Shown here one piece after another: positions 58,290 to 64,000 of a stretch of DNA of 64,000 bases. Within the stretch, counting starts at the first letter, position 1. Each line of letters opens with the position of its first letter. The notes under the pieces were generated by a model. It was given only the letters and a program-made list of their open reading frames with translations, made no database searches and was not told where the DNA came from. The translations under genes and the position numbers were made by a program. This DNA comes from Octopus vulgaris (Eukaryota), in assembly GCA_951406725.2 (NCBI GenBank), contig OX597839.1:12772001-12836000 (forward strand). The letters run 5' to 3'.

Positions 58290-61200
58290 TAAATACGACG
58301 GGCTTCTTTTCAGTTTCCGTCTACAAATCCACTCACAAGGCTTTGGTCAGCCCAAGGCTATAGCAGAAGACACTTGCCCAAGATGCCACGCAGTGGGAAT
58401 GAACCCAGAACCATCTGGTTGGTAAAGCAAGCTACTTACCACACAGCCACTCCTGCACTTAGTAGGAGTGGCTGTGTGGTAGTTATTCTCTCAGCGCTCT
58501 TTTGTTGAACTTCTAAGTTACAGGGACATAAACACACCAACACTGGTTGTCAGTCAGTGTGGGTGGCGGGGGGGGAAACAAGCACAGTCACAAACACACA
58601 TGCGCATGCATATATACACAATGAGCTTCTTTCAGTTTCTGTCTACCTGTCTACCAAACCTCACAAAGCTTTGGTGGGCTTGAGGCTAAAGCAGACGACA
58701 CTTGCTCAAAGTGCCATGCTATGGGACTGAACTTAGAATCATTTGGTTTGGAAACAAACTTCTTACTACACAGTCATACCTGTAGATTTTGTATAATATT
58801 TTTGTAAGGCTTTCAATGTCATGAAATTGCATTTGACACCCTAGCCCTTAACTGATGAGGAGATGGTGTCCCATGTCCTTTTTCTGTTCATTTGTTTATT
58901 ACGCTACATGTTTGACTCCTGAAAATATTATTCATGTAACACAATGCACTCCTTATTTTTTTGTACCTATACACACACACACACATGTATATAAGTGAAT
59001 AAAATGACAGTGAAGTGTATGCAGGTTGAAACCTATTTGTACTTATACATAGGCGCAGGAGTGGCTGTGTGGTAAGTAGCTTGCTAACCAACCACATGGT
59101 TCCGGGTTCAGTCCCACTGCGTGGCATCTTGGGCAAGTGTCTTCTGCTATAGCCCCGGGCTGACCAATGCCTTGTGAGTGGATTTGGTAGACGGAAACTG
59201 AAAGAAGCCTGTCGTACATATGTATATATATGTGTGTGTATATGTCTGTGTTTGTCCCCCTAGCATTGCTTGACAATCGATGCTGATGTGTTTACGTCCC
59301 CATCACTTAGCGGTTCGGCAAAAGAGACCGATAGAATAAGTACTGGGCTTACAATGAATAAGTCCTGGGGTCGATTTGCTCGACTAAAGGTGGTGCTCCA
59401 GCATGACTGCAGTCAAATGACTGAAACAAGTAAAAGAGTAAAGAGTATACGATATGTCGGTCAAGCATACATGCAAGCTTGCTTTCTAGATGCAAAATGC
59501 TATCCCCCATCCCTGTGTCTCCCTGGCCCACACCTTCCACACCCTCAGATTTGCCACACACATTTAATGGGGCACATTGATAGGTTGAAAGGTAAGTTTG
59601 GGGAGATTGTTGAGATGCTTGAACAGAGGAATGTAGAGTGTGTTGCATCTGAGAAGTAAGGTGCAGAGAAGGTTCTGCTAGGTTCCTCATAGGCAAAGAC
59701 CATAGGTATAAAATCTTCTGGGTAGGAAACAGTGATAGGGTTGGGGGTTGTCCTTGGGAGCTTCTGTACACTGATCACCTTGTTCTTATAGTTGAATCAC
59801 TACCTGACCTAGTGAAGCAATATCAGGTCTAGAAACAAGATCTGGAATCTAAGGGCCTTAGGGTTAATTTTGAAAAAACCCCAACTTATTTTTTAAAATG
59901 GATTGATAAGGTAATCGAGGTAGTCAGAGTGTGTGATAGAATACTTAGGCTTAGACTGGTGTTGCAATGTGGAGCAGCAACCATTAGCTTGGGCTATTCC
60001 CCTCAGCTGAGACTACCTGATGAACAGAAAGACCGATTTTATGACACCCTTTTGCAGACCACCTCATTGATGAATGTCAGGGACCTTCTCTTTGTAGCTG
60101 GCAACTTCAATGGGCATGTTGGACAACATCTTGGTAGCTTCCATGCCATGCATGGTGGCAACAGATTTGGTTCCTGTAATGAGGAGGGAGCCAGGCTGCT
60201 GGAGTTCTGTGATTCAAATGACCTTATGATCTACAATACTAATTTCAGGAGACCTCCCAGTCACCTGTTCACCTACCAATCTAGAGGGTACACTAGTCAA
60301 GTTGACTACATTCTTGCCAGAAAATGGGGAAGATGGCTACTTATAAATGCCAAAACTTTCCCAGGTGAAGAATGCACCCCACTCAACATAAGTTAGTTGT
60401 TAAATACTTCAGGATCAGAGATAAATGGCTGCCCAGATGACAACCTGTATGGAAAAGAAAGGTTTAGAAGCTTAAGGATCATCTGAATGGACAGAGATTT
60501 AGAGATGTGTTACTTGAAGGATTTGCTGGAAAAGAGGAAGATATAGCAACATATAATGTGGAAAACAACTGGAGGTTCCTACAAGACAACCTGTTAAAGG
60601 CTGCTGTTTAAATCTGCTAAGTCCCTTCTTGATCTGTGGTGACATGGTGATGTAACAGTATAGTTGACAGGGCCATTAGAGAAGAAAAGAAACAAGCCTG
60701 GAAGTGTGATGGTATCAGGAAACTATATCAGATAGTCAGAAGGAAAGTTATGAGATAGGTGTACTTAGCCAGGGAAAAAGCAGAAAAGAAGTTTGCCAAT
60801 GTTCTGCTACATGAGGACCAGAGACTTGAAGTGTTTCAGATTGCAAGACAGTGTGTGAGAGAAAATTGTGATGTCATAGGAGAGAAATGTGTCTGCATGG
60901 ATGATAGTTTACTTGCATTTAATGATTCTGCTAAGAAAGTGGCTTGGAAATGCCATTATGAAAGGCTGTTAAATGTGGAGAACTAATGGGAGGAGAGTCT
61001 GCCAGATGTTGGCCCTACTGAGGGACCAGCTATCTGAATCGATAGTAACTTGATAGATAAAGCAATTAAAGACATGAAGAGAGGAAAAGTCCCTGGCCCA
61101 TCAGGAATCACTGCTGAGATGCTTAAAATATCTCGAGTAGGATATAGCTTAGTCACTAGTATATTTAATCAGATTGTCCATGAGGGAGTCATACCCAATG

Positions 61201-62873
61201 ATTGGTGTAGCAGCATTATAGTCAACTGCTACAAAGACAAAAGTGATAATTACAGAGACATCAAATTGCTGGACCATGTGATGAAAGTCATAGAAAGAGT
61301 CATAGCTCAATTAATTAGGAACAGAGATAGTGTAGATGAGATGCGGTTCAGATTTGTGCCAGGCAGGAGCATGACTGATGCCATAATCCTGGTTAGACAA
61401 CTGCAGGAGAAATATTTGGCTTAAAATAAACCTCTGTACCTGGCTTTTGTCAACATGAAGAAAGCCTTTGACAGGGTGCCCTGCTCCCTTATCTGGTGGT
61501 CAATGTGAAAGCTAATAGTGAATGAGTGTTTAGTTAGAGTGGAACAAGCCATGTACAGGAATGCTGCCAGTAAGGTGAAGGTTGGCAATGAATTCAGTGT
61601 ATAGGTGAGAGTCCACCAAGGCTCAGTTCCCAGCCCCCTCCTGTTTATCTTAGTCCTCCAGGCCTTAACAGAGGAATTCAAGATTGGTTGTCTTTGGGAG
61701 CTTCTCTATGCTGATGACCTTGTTCTTATAGCTGAATCACTGACTGACCTAGTGAAGCAATTTCGGATCTAGAAACAAGATCTAGAATCTAAGAGCCTTA
61801 GGGTTAATTTAGCAAAAACCAAAAGTCCTAGTAAGTAGGGAAACAGATAAATCACAAATCCCTTCTAGGAGATGGTCCTGCTTGGTATGTAAGAAGAGCG
61901 TAGGTAGAAACTCCTCATGCAAACTTTGAACACATAAGAGGTGCAGCAGTGTCAAAGGAAGGTTAACTAAGAATATAGTCTTTGTGTGTGGCAAATGTGC
62001 AGGTACAATAAGCACTAAAAATATGCAGACAATAGACTCCCTCAAATGTTTGGGTGGATCATTAGAAGTAGTAGTATATGCATAACAGAGTGTAAATGAT
62101 TTAAGGGGAAAACTGGGTATAAGAGGCATCATATGTTGTGTGCAAGAGAGAAGACTGTGCTGATTTGGTCATGTGATGCCTATGGATTAGGATAGCTGCA
62201 TAAAGAAGTGCTGAGCTCTAAATGTGGAGGAACATATGGAAGGAGTAGACCCAGGGAGACATGGAATGATGTGGTGAGAAAAAATGGTGAAGATGATATA
62301 TATTTAATACACACAATGTATGTTTTTATGTGCTACTATTAGTTTCACATGCTGAGGATTTGCCAGTCAGTGTTTTATAACATGTCTGGTGTCCTAACAC
62401 AATCATCAGACAGTGCCAACATGGCATAAGTGTCTGATGACTGTGCTGGGACACTGGATGTGTTATAAAACACTGATTGGCATGTTCTCAGTACATGAAA
62501 CTAATAGTAGCACACAGAAACATATATTATGTTTTTAGTAAATATTATTTATCTCTCCCTGGATGGAGTACTTTTTTTGTTGATCTTACCATTCTGAAAC
62601 AGTACAGTATATGTGGTCAGTTGAGGATGGGGGACAAGAGAGAGATGTATGGAATTGGGAGCAGATGATAAGTGAGCATGGCATCAGCAACACTTACATT
62701 ATTTGGAAAATGCAATGGAAAGAGTACAGTGAAATTGTCATGGAGAGTGGAATGTCCAGCATTTAAGATAGAGTGTGAAATTTGATGGCGATTTGACTGT
62801 TATTTCTAAACAAAAAAGTAAATATGAAACATTTCAATATAAATTCTTAAGAATCATGGAAATATTTTTGCAG

Positions 62874-62948
62874 AGTCTAATACAAAACTGACTGAGAATC
62901 AACTCAACAAAATATCCAAATACTTAGGGAATAAATGGAAGCGTGTTG
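62874..62948 (+). CDS. Death-domain exon, copy 2 (LTENQLNKISKYLGNKWKRVG)
   Basis: Same splice sites as 35318-35392, with 4 substitutions. Confidence 0.8.
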
Positions 62949-63584
62949 GTAAGTATAAAATATACATTGCTTTAGATGTTTTGCTTCTATCATATCTTTA
63001 TTTTTTACTTGCTTCAGCCATTATGTTGTTGCCATGCTGGAGCAGCACATCGAAAAATTTTTAGTCGGATGAATCCAATACTTTCTTTTCTTTTTTTTTT
63101 CTTTAAGCCCGGTGCTTATTCTATCAGTCACTTTTGCTGAACTGCTAAGTTACAGAGATGCAAACACACCAACCCTGGATGACAAGCAGTGGTGGAAACA
63201 TGCACACACACGTGTGACAGGCTTCTTTCAGTTTCCATCTACCAAATCCACTCACAAGGTTTTGGTTGGGCTGGGGCTATAGTAGAAGACACTTGGCCAA
63301 GGTCCCATGCAGTGGGAATGAACCTGGAATCATGCAGTTGGGAAACAAATCTTCTTGCCACCCAGCCACCCCTACGCCTATCTAACTACAAAATAATGTT
63401 TAGTGAGTGATACGATACTTAATGTGATGAAGAAAAAATTTCAGTTAAAGTTGTTCTTGCTAGGAGGAGAAGAAAAGAATCTTCACCCTTTTGCTACCAT
63501 ACTTTTGTTGGAACACTTCTTTTGTTGTAATTAATGTTGAAAATAATGAATTTATGAATATAACTGTTTTGAGATTAAGCTAGT

Positions 63585-64000
63585 CATCATCATCATCATC
63601 ATTTAACGTCTGCTTTCCATGCTAGCATGGGTTGGACGATTTGACTGAGCGCTGGTGAACCAGATGGCTCTACCAGGCTCCAATCTTGATCTGGCAGAGT
63701 TTCTACAGCTGGATGCCCTTCCTAACGCCAACCACTCCGAGAGTGTAGTATGTGCTTTTATGTGCCACCGGCACGGGGGCCAGTCAGGCGGTACTGGCAA
63801 CGACCTCGCACGAATCTTTTTACACATGCCACCGGCTCAGGTGCCAGTAAGGTGACGCTGGTAACGATTACACTCGAATGGTGCCTTTTATGTGCCACTG
63901 GCACTGAAGCCGGTTAGCTACTCTGTCAGCGATCACACTCGTATGGTGCTCTTTGCCAGTCATTGAACTTGATTTTGATTTTGATTTAAATTAACATAAA
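63585..64000 (-). mobile_element. RTE 3' tail insertion specific to duplication copy 2
   Basis: (CAT)n followed by ttaacgtctgctttccatgctagcatggg; absent at the equivalent site (36027) in copy 1. Confidence 0.8.

Larger units (their letters stand above)
52973..63581 (+). repeat. Segmental tandem duplication, copy 2
   Basis: Colinear with 25404-36026; similarity is interrupted at 63582 by an RTE-tail insertion. Confidence 0.95.

Overview
AT-rich, repeat-dominated eukaryotic DNA. The SINE/LINE repertoire and huge (TA)n tracts look like octopus (cephalopod); this is an inference. Two systems stand out, and neither is visible in the ORF track. (1) A tandemly duplicated spliced gene for an IMD/RIPK1-like immune adaptor of about 301 aa. 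It has an N-terminal periodic array of cryptic IAP-binding-motif-like tetrapeptides (DETD|AVPL, AVPI, AIPK, KTD|AVPQ), a RHIM-like exon and a C-terminal death domain. The two copies look almost identical in their introns, yet all 11 substitutions in the RHIM and first death-domain exons change an amino acid, and copy 2 carries a frameshift. (2) At least five divergent families of non-coding elements (about 400-650 bp) sit inside (TA)n tracts in tandem or inverted arrangement. Each carries a minimal type I hammerhead ribozyme with a palindromic stem III, and several share a 3' hairpin ending in ACCCTT; they resemble non-autonomous Penelope-like elements or retrozymes. The rest of the window is a near-intact RTE LINE with a PHD-like finger, two CR1 LINEs, many SINEs, piggyBac MITEs, and Tigger, Helitron, Gypsy and Penelope remnants. 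Coordinates were counted by hand, so repeat edges are approximate.
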